From Gammaproteobacteria bacterium (GTDB lineage: Bacteria; Pseudomonadota; Gammaproteobacteria; Eutrophobiales; Eutrophobiaceae), in NCBI GenBank assembly GCA_965215365.1, contig CBDCDS010000003.1, positions 832,001-896,000 on the forward strand: a DNA stretch of 64,000 nt, written 5' to 3'. The position numbers were made by a program, and so were the translations under genes. Below are positions 44,012 through 53,030 of this stretch, one piece after another (position 1 is the stretch's first letter; every line of letters starts with the position of its first letter). The notes beneath the pieces were generated by a model that was not told where the DNA came from, did no database searches, and saw only the letters and a list, made by a program, of their open reading frames with translations.

Positions 44012-46318
44012 GTGAAAAAGTCAAAAACCATCCGGCAGAAAATCGGTGAGGTACGTGATGCCGCGCTTGACTACCACAGGAAGCCACCGCACGGTAAACT
44101 GACGATCCACCCCACCAAGCCGCTGACCAACCAGTATGATCTGGCCCTGGCTTATTCACCGGGGGTGGCTGCGGCCTGTGAGGAAATTGTACGTGATCCG
44201 GCACTGGCATCGACACTGACTACCCGCGGCAATCTGGTAGCGGTCATCAGCAACGGCACTGCGGTGCTGGGGCTGGGCGCCATCGGCCCACTGGCTGCCA
44301 AGCCGGTCATGGAAGGCAAGGCGGTGCTGTTCAAGAAATTCGCCGGCATCGATGTGTTCGACCTGGAAGTCAATGAAACCGACCCGGATCGGCTGGTGGA
44401 GATCATCGCCAGCCTCGAACCCACCTTCGGTGCCGTCAACCTAGAGGACATCAAGGCGCCGGAGTGTTTTATCGTCGAGCGCAAATTGCAGCAACGGCTG
44501 AGTATCCCCGTTATCCACGACGACCAGCATGGCACCGCCATCATCGTGGCCGCCGCCATCAACAACGGTCTGCGCCTGGTCGGCAAGGAGCTGGCATCGA
44601 TCAAGCTGGTCACTTCCGGTGCCGGCGCCGCAGCACTGGCCTGTCTGGATTTGCTGGTGGCCATGGGGCTGAGCAAGGAAAATATCATCGTCACCGATAT
44701 TGCCGGCGTGGTCTATCCCGACCGGCAGGAGGCCATGGACTCGTACAAGAAACGCTATGCGCGAAATATCCGGGCCCGGACTCTGGGTGCCGCCATCAAG
44801 GATGCGGATGTGTTCCTGGGCCTGTCGGTGGGCAATGTGCTCAAGCCCGCCATGCTCAAAACCATGGCGGACAAGCCTGTCATCATGGCGCTAGCCAACC
44901 CGGTGCCGGAAATCTCGCCGGAACAGGCCAGAGAGGCCCGGCCCGATGCCATTATCGCCACCGGACGTTCCGACTTGCCCAACCAGGTCAACAACGTGCT
45001 CTGCTTCCCGTACCTGTTTCGCGGCGCGCTGGATGTGGGCGCAACCCGCATCAACGAGGCGATGAAGATCGCCTGCGTGAAGGCCATCGCCGACCTGGCC
45101 ATGGCGGAATCATCCGAGGTAGTCAGCCGCGCCTACGGCGGTGGCGACCTGATATTCGGGCCTGACTATATTATTCCCAAACCGTTCGACCCGCGCCTGC
45201 TGGTGCGTCTGGCGCCGGCCGTGGCCCGGGCCGCCATGGACAGCGGCGTGGCGACCCGACCCATCGCCGATTTCAAGAGCTACCGTCAACGCCTGATCCA
45301 GTTCGTATTCCAGACCGGCACCATTATGCACCCGGTGTTCGATCAGGCGGCGCGGGACCCGAAACGGATTGTCTATGCCGAAGGTGAAGAACACCGCACC
45401 CTGCAAGCCGTGCAGCAGGTGCTTGATGAGGGCCTGGCGCGGCCGTTGCTGGTGGGGCGCGCGGAGGTTATCGATCGCCGTATCCGGGAGCTGGGTCTGG
45501 CCATGGTCAAGGACCAGGATTTCGACATCATCAATCCGATCAAGGACCGCCGCTGCCCGGAACTGGCCGAGCTGTACCATGGTATCAAGGGCCGCACCGG
45601 TATTTCGCCGGACGAGGCGCGGCGCATGGTGCGCACGCAATCCTCGGTGCTGGCCGCGCTGCTGTTATTGCGCGGCGATGTGGACGCCATGTTGTGCGGC
45701 ACCATCGGGCCGTTTATCAACCACCTGACCCATGTGCGCGACATCATCGGCAAACGCGCCGGGGTTGAGGATTTTTCCTCCGTCACCGTGCTGGTGTTAC
45801 CGGGCGGCACGTTCTTTCTGTGCGACACCCACGTCAACCCGGTGCCTGATACGGATGAAATTGTCGCCATGACCCTGCTGGCCGCCGAGGCGGTGCAGCG
45901 GTTTGGCATCAAACCCCGCATCGCCCTGGTCTCCCACTCCAACTTCGGCACGCGCGCCAACAGCTCTTCGGAAAAGATGCGCGCGGCGGTTCAAATTCTG
46001 CAACAGCGGGAACCGCAGCTGGTGGTGGAGGGCGAAATGCACGCCGATGCCGCCATCTCAGAGACTATCCGCGCCAACGTGTTTCCCCATTCCAGACTGC
46101 GCGGCCGCGCCAACACCTTGATCCTGCCCAATATCGACGCCGCCAACATCTCCTACAACCTGCTCAAGATGCTGGGCGGCGGCGTCACCGTTGGCCCGCT
46201 GCTGATGGGCGCCGCCAAACCTGCGCATGTCCTCACTAACGCCTCCACCGTACATGGCATCGTCAACATGTCCGCGCTCGCGGTAGTGGAAGCGCAGGGT
46301 CAGGTACAACAGGCGTAA
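44012..46318 (+). CDS. maeB: NADP-dependent malic enzyme with a PTA-like domain
   Basis: LAYSPGVA, KPVMEGK, HDDQHGTA, GRSDLPNQVNN, EGEMHADAA. Start is GTG 44012 or ATG 43964. Confidence 0.96.
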   Translation: MKKSKTIRQKIGEVRDAALDYHRKPPHGKLTIHPTKPLTNQYDLALAYSPGVAAACEEIVRDPALASTLTTRGNLVAVISNGTAVLGLGAIGPLAAKPVMEGKAVLFKKFAGIDVFDLEVNETDPDRLVEIIASLEPTFGAVNLEDIKAPECFIVERKLQQRLSIPVIHDDQHGTAIIVAAAINNGLRLVGKELASIKLVTSGAGAAALACLDLLVAMGLSKENIIVTDIAGVVYPDRQEAMDSYKKRYARNIRARTLGAAIKDADVFLGLSVGNVLKPAMLKTMADKPVIMALANPVPEISPEQAREARPDAIIATGRSDLPNQVNNVLCFPYLFRGALDVGATRINEAMKIACVKAIADLAMAESSEVVSRAYGGGDLIFGPDYIIPKPFDPRLLVRLAPAVARAAMDSGVATRPIADFKSYRQRLIQFVFQTGTIMHPVFDQAARDPKRIVYAEGEEHRTLQAVQQVLDEGLARPLLVGRAEVIDRRIRELGLAMVKDQDFDIINPIKDRRCPELAELYHGIKGRTGISPDEARRMVRTQSSVLAALLLLRGDVDAMLCGTIGPFINHLTHVRDIIGKRAGVEDFSSVTVLVLPGGTFFLCDTHVNPVPDTDEIVAMTLLAAEAVQRFGIKPRIALVSHSNFGTRANSSSEKMRAAVQILQQREPQLVVEGEMHADAAISETIRANVFPHSRLRGRANTLILPNIDAANISYNLLKMLGGGVTVGPLLMGAAKPAHVLTNASTVHGIVNMSALAVVEAQGQVQQA

Positions 46319-46320
46319 CA

Positions 46321-46358
46321 ACCTGAAAATGCCCTCCGTGGCATTTTCAGAGGTGGCC
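46321..46358. repeat. Second copy of the palindromic element; probable terminator between convergent genes
   Basis: Reverse complement ggccacctctgaaaatgccacggagggcattttcaggt has the same loop as 8541-8584. Confidence 0.75.
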
Positions 46359-46368
46359 TGAAGCCCCA

Positions 46369-46845
46369 CTAGCGGCGGGTAAATACGACGCTGTCGGGTT
46401 TGTTCCGCACCACCACTGTCCCCGACAGCTTGTCATGCCAGCCCTGTTTGCGCTTGTCGAACGCAATCCAGATAAAACCCAACCCAAGTGGCAACATCGA
46501 TAACAGATAACCGACATACCTGGCGATATACCGGGGCGCGGACGGCTGTTCCCCGGTCACGGCATCAACCACCTTGGCGGCGATGGCCATCTTGCCCGGA
46601 GTGGCGCCATTGAATACCCAGAACAGAATCACGTAGGCCGCCGGCAGCAGTGCCGAGATCAGAAAGTCTATAAAGAGAGCTGTCGATGCGATGTATGCGC
46701 CGCCGAAAATGATTGCAGAAAGAGGCGTAGTAACCAGCGCAATCAAAAAACCATCAATGAGAAATGCCCAGGCGCGCAGCCAGAAGCCAGCATATTCAAG
46801 ATCATCGCGTTCTGTCTTTTCCACCTGAATTATCCTCCACTGCAT
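46369..46845 (-). CDS. RDD family membrane protein
   Basis: YAGFWLRAWAFLID, GATPGKM, KQGWHDKLSGTVVV. Confidence 0.92.
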   Translation of the reverse strand: MQWRIIQVEKTERDDLEYAGFWLRAWAFLIDGFLIALVTTPLSAIIFGGAYIASTALFIDFLISALLPAAYVILFWVFNGATPGKMAIAAKVVDAVTGEQPSAPRYIARYVGYLLSMLPLGLGFIWIAFDKRKQGWHDKLSGTVVVRNKPDSVVFTRR

Positions 46846-47049
46846 TTGATATGTTACAGGAAACTGATTTTTAGAGGTGAGTTATTGACTATCTTACCTG
46901 TCAAGGCATAATTCCAGTATGAAAAATACACTGCAAATGCCCCAGTTGACAACAGTAAAACGACCGCAAGCCCAACAAGCCGAAGGGGTGCGCCTTGACA
47001 CTGAAACAAGAGAGAACCTGAAAGGACCAGGCTTTTGGCAGGATGAGTA

Positions 47050-47475
47050 ATGAACATTGACACAACTTTTCTACGTCGTTGTATTCAAAGTCTGGAAATG
47101 GGTTTTCACGAGCTCAATCAGGGTAAACAAGCGGACGATATTCTGTATGACATCTACCGCTCGGCCTGCGTCAAGGAATTTGAGTTGGTGCTGGAACAGA
47201 GCGGCAAGTTGTTGCGCAAACGCATCTCGGCCTACTTTGCCAGCAAGCGGCAAGTGGAGCGTCTGACGCTCAAAGATGTATTTCGCCACGCCGAGAAATA
47301 TGGACTGCTTGAACCCGACGCCGTGGAACGCTGGCTTGTTTATCGTGACAATCGCAACGACACCGCGCATAACTATGGTGAAAATTTCGCCGAGGGAACC
47401 CTGAAACTGTTGCCGTCGTTCATCACCGATGCCACGGCGTTGGCCGGGATAATCGAGGCAGCCAATGACGACTGA
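47050..47475 (+). CDS. HEPN-family protein (HI0074-like nucleotidyltransferase substrate-binding; putative RNase toxin)
   Basis: KEFELVLE and the Rx4HxY motif RNDTAHNY; coupled to an MNT start. Confidence 0.85.
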   Translation: MNIDTTFLRRCIQSLEMGFHELNQGKQADDILYDIYRSACVKEFELVLEQSGKLLRKRISAYFASKRQVERLTLKDVFRHAEKYGLLEPDAVERWLVYRDNRNDTAHNYGENFAEGTLKLLPSFITDATALAGIIEAANDD

Positions 47476-47582
47476 CAGGCTGTACCTGCAACCCAAACAT
47501 CGCCGGATACTGCAAGCATTACTGCAGGAACACCTGCCCGAAGTAGAGGTCTGGGCCTACGGCAGTCGCATCACCGGCCATA
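47465..47582 (+). pseudogene. Minimal nucleotidyltransferase (MNT antitoxin), truncated
   Basis: MTTDRLYLQPKHRRILQALLQEHLPEVEVWAYGSRITGH then runs into IS481 sequence before the DxD motif. Confidence 0.85.
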
Positions 47583-47800
47583 GTAAAACGCCACCGGCTT
47601 GACCCGACCCAGCCGCACCCGCTTCGCCACGATGCGCCCGACCGTACTCTCGCTCAAAGTCCAGCCCTGCTCGCGCACCCCCACCCGCCAGAGCTTGCGC
47701 TTACCCCACAACGGATAGCGTTGGCGGTTGAGATTAATTCACACACTTAACTACCCGATTTTTTTATCTAAAGAGTCTCACTTGTTTCTGAACCCGGACA
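47572..47800 (-). mobile_element. IS481 remnant (internal fragment plus one end)
   Basis: Matches about 41235-41388, then jumps to the terminal segment ending tgaacccggaca. Confidence 0.88.
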
Positions 47801-47889
47801 ACGCGCGTCGCTGTTGGTAGTGGCTCAACTTGAAATGTAACTACTCGCCCCCTCCCTCTAATTCTACTGAATTTTTTGTCAAGGCGTCC

Positions 47890-47918
47890 TTGACAACATA
47901 GCGTCATGGCGTTATGTT
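47890..47918 (+). promoter_or_regulatory. Sigma70-type promoter inside the IS66 element
   Basis: TTGACA, 17-bp spacer, TATGTT; ATG 47926 follows 7 nt later. Confidence 0.6.
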
Positions 47919-47925
47919 GGTCGTC

Positions 47926-48606
47926 ATGGGGAATGCGTACCGAGGGTCGAAAGCCACGACGGGTCTGTGCCAGCCGCTCATTGCGATGATGCCGCCGCAC
48001 AGTGTGTACATTGAGACACACTTAGGCGGCGGGGCGATTATGCAGCGCAAGCCGGCGGCGTTGCGCAACATTGGGATTGATCTTGATGTGCGGGCGTTGG
48101 CGGGGTTTACGTGTGGGTATCCGGTGGAGTTGGTGCAGGGGTGTTGTCACCGCTGGTTGGCGACTTTTCCGTTTGACGGCACGGAGTTGGTGTACAGCGA
48201 CCCGCCCTACCTGCACAGCACGCGCAAGTCACGGCACCGTTACCGGTATGACTACGAGGACTCAGACCATGAGGCGCTGCTGGCGTTACTGCAGGGGCTG
48301 CCCTGTGCGGTGATGGTGTCGGGGTATCCTTCGGCCTTGTATGATGAGGTGCTGGCGGGCTGGCGCAGTGTGTCCTTGCAGGTGATGAATCAGGGCGGGG
48401 TGGTGACCGAGCGGGTCTGGTTCAATTTTGTGCCGGACCGGGTGCACTGGGTGCGCTATGCGGGGCGCAACTTCACGCACCGCCAGCAGGTCAAGCGCAA
48501 GGCTGAGAACTGGGGGCGGCGTTATCGTGACTTGCCCCCGGCCGAGCGGCTGGCGGTGCTGGCGGCGATGATGGCGGTGGAGGCACAGTGCACATGGCCA
48601 CGGTGA
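47926..48606 (+). CDS. Dam-like DNA N6-adenine methyltransferase
   Basis: YRGSK, YIETHLGGG (motif I), IGIDLD, YSDPPY (motif IV), VSGYPSALY. Confidence 0.82.
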   Translation: MGNAYRGSKATTGLCQPLIAMMPPHSVYIETHLGGGAIMQRKPAALRNIGIDLDVRALAGFTCGYPVELVQGCCHRWLATFPFDGTELVYSDPPYLHSTRKSRHRYRYDYEDSDHEALLALLQGLPCAVMVSGYPSALYDEVLAGWRSVSLQVMNQGGVVTERVWFNFVPDRVHWVRYAGRNFTHRQQVKRKAENWGRRYRDLPPAERLAVLAAMMAVEAQCTWPR

Positions 48607-50111
48607 ACAAGGCCTCATTGCGTGCGGAGTTCGAGGCCATCCGAATGCGTTTTAAGGCGTTGTGCGCCGACGGCGCGCTGAGTCCCGAAGGGCGTGCGCT
48701 GTTCGAGTCGATGTTGCTGCTATTCGAGTTGCTGCTGGCGGTGTTCTTAGAGAAGACCACACCGAAGGGGGCGCACAACTCCAGCCTGCCCAGTTCCCGC
48801 ACCGACCCCGATGACAGTGCGCGCACACGGCCCGGCAAGCAGGGCAAGGGGCCGCAGACCGGGACGGTGCCCAGCGCGTCCCGGCGCGTGGTGGCTCAGA
48901 CCCGCACGGTGCCCGTGACCGGCTGCCGGGCCTGCGGGCATGATCTCAAAGGCACCGCCCCCACCGGCCATGTGCGACGAGTCAAGGTCGATATAGTCTT
49001 CGAGACGACCGAGTTGACCATTGACGCCGAGATAAAAACCTGTCCGCGCTGTGGCACTGAGACCCACGGGGCGTTTCCCGATGACATGCCGGGGCCTTTA
49101 CAATACGGCCCTGGCATCGTGGCTTTCGCCACGCACCTGTTAACGGCCCAAATGCTCTCGCTCAAACGTACGGCGCAGACACTTCATGCACTGACCGGGC
49201 GCGCCGTCGCCGAGGCGACCTTACTGGCCTGGCTCACGCGGGTGCATGAGGCCCTGGCCGGGTGGGAGCGGGCGGCTATCGCCCGCCTGCTCACAGAGCC
49301 CGTGCTGCACGCCGATGAGACCTCCTTGCGCATCGACCGCACACAACACTGGCTGCACAGCACCAGTGCCGGGAACCTGGTACTGAAACACTGCCACCGC
49401 AAGCGGGGCGGGGACGCCCTCAAGGACATCGGCATCGTCCCCCGCTACGGCGGTGTTCTCGTGCACGACCGCTGGGCCAGCTACTTCGCCTATGACAACT
49501 GCGAGCATGCCCTGTGCGGCAGTCACCTGTTGCGTAACTTGGCCTTTATCGAGGACGCCCACGGCCATGCCTGGGCCCAACGTATGAGCCGCCTCCTGCT
49601 CAAGACCTGCCGACAGGTGCGCACACATAAAAACAAGGCACTCAGCGAGACCGACTACCAGTCCCTGCGCACCCGCTACCGGACTATCCTGACACAAGCC
49701 AAACGGGAACTCCCCACACCCCCGAAACGGCTCACCGGCCAACGCGGACGGATTGCCCAATGTGAGGCACAAAACCTCCATGATGCCCTCGTCAAGTACG
49801 AAACCGAAGTCCTCCGCTTCGCCCGCGACCCCAACGTGCCGTTCACCAACAACCGCGCCGAACGCGATATCCGTATGGCTAAAGTCAAACAAAAAGTCTC
49901 CGGCTGCTTCCGAACCACCGCCTACGCCGACACCTACTGCCGCATCTCCAGCTACTTGCAGTCTATGACCCTGAAGGGCTACAATCCCCTCGCCGCCATC
50001 GAGATAGCACTCAAGGGAGACGCCGCCACCATGGTGGAAAAACCGCTCAAAAATAAAACGGTTAAGAAAAACCAGATCAGAACAAGAGATCAGGGTAAGG
50101 GGGGCGAGTAG
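48594..50111 (+). CDS. IS66 family transposase
   Basis: Zinc finger CRACG..CPRCG, LHADET, VHDRW, CGSHLLR, FTNNRAERDIRMAKVKQKVSG. Confidence 0.93.
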   Translation: MATVNKASLRAEFEAIRMRFKALCADGALSPEGRALFESMLLLFELLLAVFLEKTTPKGAHNSSLPSSRTDPDDSARTRPGKQGKGPQTGTVPSASRRVVAQTRTVPVTGCRACGHDLKGTAPTGHVRRVKVDIVFETTELTIDAEIKTCPRCGTETHGAFPDDMPGPLQYGPGIVAFATHLLTAQMLSLKRTAQTLHALTGRAVAEATLLAWLTRVHEALAGWERAAIARLLTEPVLHADETSLRIDRTQHWLHSTSAGNLVLKHCHRKRGGDALKDIGIVPRYGGVLVHDRWASYFAYDNCEHALCGSHLLRNLAFIEDAHGHAWAQRMSRLLLKTCRQVRTHKNKALSETDYQSLRTRYRTILTQAKRELPTPPKRLTGQRGRIAQCEAQNLHDALVKYETEVLRFARDPNVPFTNNRAERDIRMAKVKQKVSGCFRTTAYADTYCRISSYLQSMTLKGYNPLAAIEIALKGDAATMVEKPLKNKTVKKNQIRTRDQGKGGE

Positions 50112-50217
50112 TTACCTTGAAATAAATAAAGGCTTGATCAGTTCAGATTGCTCTATGAAATACAGTCATGCTACACTGCCGATTTATTCTGACCTTTCTG
50201 ATTCGGAGGAAACCACA

Positions 50218-51038
50218 ATGAGCACGTATTCCCCCCCCCCCCCCTTGCTAAATTAACAGCCGTCCTGCTGCTGGCAGTACTGGCGACCCCGGCGGGGGCG
50301 CAGGCACTGCCGGAGATTAGTCTGCAGATAACCGATCTTGCCAGGAACGCTGGCAGGACCGCTGAAAGCATTGTTGGACTATCATGCGGGAGAAGTGAGG
50401 GCGGAATGCCGGTCCAGATAAAAGCCAGCCAGGACGCAAGCGGCGTGACGGTCAACGTGATGGCGCATACCGTATCCGGCCATGACCGGTTTCGGGACCT
50501 TGGCGTGCCGGCCTACGTCAACAGAGGCGTCTACCGGTCGCGCACCACGGCGACCTTTGCGAGCAACTCGACGTCATGGGTTGACCTGAATTCCCTCAGC
50601 GGCAATACCGGATCGCCCTGTTTCCCGGACGACAACCTCATCACCGGAGAGAGCGTGATCCGTGTTGTCTTGCTGCCCGGAACGGGCTACACCATCAATC
50701 CGAATATGCGGATGGCTGAGGTCGTCATCTGGGACGGACCCGGCGAAGAGTGCAGCAGGGTGCGAGGCAATCAAAAACTCTATATGCCCCATCCCCAAGG
50801 CGGCATGGCCTGGGGCGTCTGCACCTGCGCCGCGCAGAGCCAGCACCCCAGCGTCCGGCGGGCCCTGGATCGAACCATCCCCACGCCCGGCGATGATGGG
50901 AGATACGGCACCGATGACGACGGGACAACCCCCGCGCCCGCACCGAGTGAGGGGTTCCTGAGCAACCTGGCCAAACAGTTTCATGATCCCTCTTACCTCT
51001 ACTGCGAGGGATCGCCGTACAGGGGGTTTGGATCATGA
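50218..51038 (+). CDS. Secreted Cys-rich protein, frameshifted at a C14 tract (phase-OFF or pseudogene)
   Basis: GGAGG RBS, ATG 50218, C14 at 50231-50244, then signal peptide LAKLTAVLLLAVLATPAGAQA in frame with the 50406-51038 ORF but not with the ATG. Confidence 0.72.
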
Positions 51039-51509
51039 AGCGTTCCTGATGCCGGCGGGCTGGAATGGTCAGCATGAAGGCATGAAAGAGGGTACTGTGT
51101 CGATAGCCTCGATTGCTGCCCGGGGCGGGAATCCAGTGGAAAAAAGTCCCGAAGGGACACTTTATAAGGTGTCCCCGGCTGACAACATGCCGGGGGCGGC
51201 GCGAGCGACGGTTTGAGCGAATGGATTCCTGCATTCGCAGGACCAATCGGCAGGATAGCCGAATTGCAAACTACATCCATGTAGTTTGCCCCGATGAGGC
51301 CAGCTACGCTGTCCAAATTCGTTCCAGACGAATTTGGACAGCAACAGCTGCCCGCAGGGTTGCGTCCAGAGCCTGCCTCGGTATGGAGTTGAGCCGGGGG
51401 AGGGACGCAATGAGTGACGGCCAGGGGGTGAGTAGTTACGAAACATGATTGCTATCAATAGGGGCAAACCACCTCCGCAACATGTCGGCGGTGTCGCCCA
51501 GGTTGAAGT

Positions 51510-53030
51510 TCATTTTTGCAGCTTGGCTATAATTGTTTCAATAATGTTTAACGCCTCTGCTGGAGACGGGGAAATTTCAATCAGTGTTTGAAATACTCTC
51601 TGATATATCTGTGTTTCAGGGGTGGCACTTCCGGGTAGCGCGTCCCGCCTAGGGAGATTTTTTAACTCAAGCAGACTTGCTGCTAATGTCTCAAGCGCGC
51701 CGAGCTCATTTTTTTTTCCGCCCGATTTTTCAAGACCCGCTTGCAACGTCGCAATATCGCCCAGTTTTTTGTCGATGAACCATTCCACCGTCTCTTCGGC
51801 AAGGTAAGGGGATGCTGCAAGCTCCGAACTTGCTTGCACTTCCTGAAGAAACGAGTGAAATTTTCGCTTTCTGTTGCGTTCGGCAGAAGCGGCGCGACAA
51901 CGCTTTTCTATATTGCACGTGATAGCACCAAGCTGATTTTCCAGGTTGCGGGTATGCGGGCCGGGTTCAAAATAATCCCGCTTCGCGTTGGGAATAATAC
52001 GCGCGTCAAGAACATGAATTTCCGCCACACACCAACGATTAAAGCGGTCTTCTGTAAAGAGGTGATCGAACAATGTCTCATCGCCAATCTGGATATTACC
52101 GATGCGAGCGCGAATCCCTCTGACAGCGGTCTTTTTCGGCAACGCGCCAGCATAAGACGAGTGTGCAATCCAACCGATGGCGGCAATCCGGTCTGTTTCT
52201 ACAGCCGGTATGGAGATACTTTCAAACTCGGTAAACTCGAACTGTTCCGGCAATGCTCCATTTTTGCCATGCGGCCTTGTTATCGACATGTCCTCCCCGT
52301 TGAGGTGAACGTTCAGTTCCAACGGAGGATGCTCTTCAGGAAAGATATTGGCGATGTTGCCGGTGTATTGAAAATTCGGAATAAACGGAACCGGACATGT
52401 TTCTCCAATATACTCTCGCACAACCTTTGCGTTCAGGATCGACCCTGCTGCGAAACGGGCTATCCCGTCAATGTCCACCTGAAAAAACCGCGCTGGCCAC
52501 TCACTTCCTGACGTGGTCTCAGTGCTGACGCATTCCGCAATGAGTTGTTCCACAGACAGACCAGCAGTCACCTTTTTTCGTAAACCTTTGCCGTCCCAAC
52601 GCACAGAAATAACGGGCTCATCATCCTGTTGACGGGTGTAGAAGGTGACTGAATCGCTGAAAGCCAATCCAGACAGTCTGCCTATGCCCCTGAAGCCGCG
52701 GTCAACCCCGACACGTTTGGTGCTGTTTGCAACAGGTGTCAGTTCCCGCAACGCTTGCGTGCGCGCTAGTCCCAGACCATTATCCCGTATGACTACGCGC
52801 CTGTCGGCAGGGTCGATGTTGATTTCCACCTTGCCCGTATTTGGCGCGTCTGACGCAACGATAGAGTCCGCCGCGTTTTGAATGTACTCGCGGTAAATGC
52901 TCAACGGCGCAGTATGTATGCCGGACGTGAGCAGACTTAACAGGTTACTCCCTGTCAATCTATCGGGCAGGAAGGCGTCTGTAATGATGAGGTTGTTGTG
53001 TTCCGGCATCTCGCACCTGTCAGGAGCCAA
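51510..53030 (-). CDS. GHKL (Hsp90/MutL/MORC-like) ATPase
   Basis: YREYIQNAADS, IRDNGLGL, GFRGIGRLSG, S5-like region GIRARIGNIQIG, coiled-coil tail. Confidence 0.87.
   Translation of the reverse strand: MAPDRCEMPEHNNLIITDAFLPDRLTGSNLLSLLTSGIHTAPLSIYREYIQNAADSIVASDAPNTGKVEINIDPADRRVVIRDNGLGLARTQALRELTPVANSTKRVGVDRGFRGIGRLSGLAFSDSVTFYTRQQDDEPVISVRWDGKGLRKKVTAGLSVEQLIAECVSTETTSGSEWPARFFQVDIDGIARFAAGSILNAKVVREYIGETCPVPFIPNFQYTGNIANIFPEEHPPLELNVHLNGEDMSITRPHGKNGALPEQFEFTEFESISIPAVETDRIAAIGWIAHSSYAGALPKKTAVRGIRARIGNIQIGDETLFDHLFTEDRFNRWCVAEIHVLDARIIPNAKRDYFEPGPHTRNLENQLGAITCNIEKRCRAASAERNRKRKFHSFLQEVQASSELAASPYLAEETVEWFIDKKLGDIATLQAGLEKSGGKKNELGALETLAASLLELKNLPRRDALPGSATPETQIYQRVFQTLIEISPSPAEALNIIETIIAKLQK

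Larger units (their letters stand above)
47837..50115 (+). mobile_element. IS66-family element (ISBst12-like) with a passenger methyltransferase
   Basis: Inverted repeats gtaactactcgccccc / gggggcgagtagttac and an 8-bp target duplication CTTGAAAT on both sides. Confidence 0.93.

Noticed and set aside
51110-51245. Degenerate REP-like hairpins (gggaatccag...tggattcc)
   Set aside because: Single, poorly paired instance; not enough evidence to call a repeat or ncRNA.
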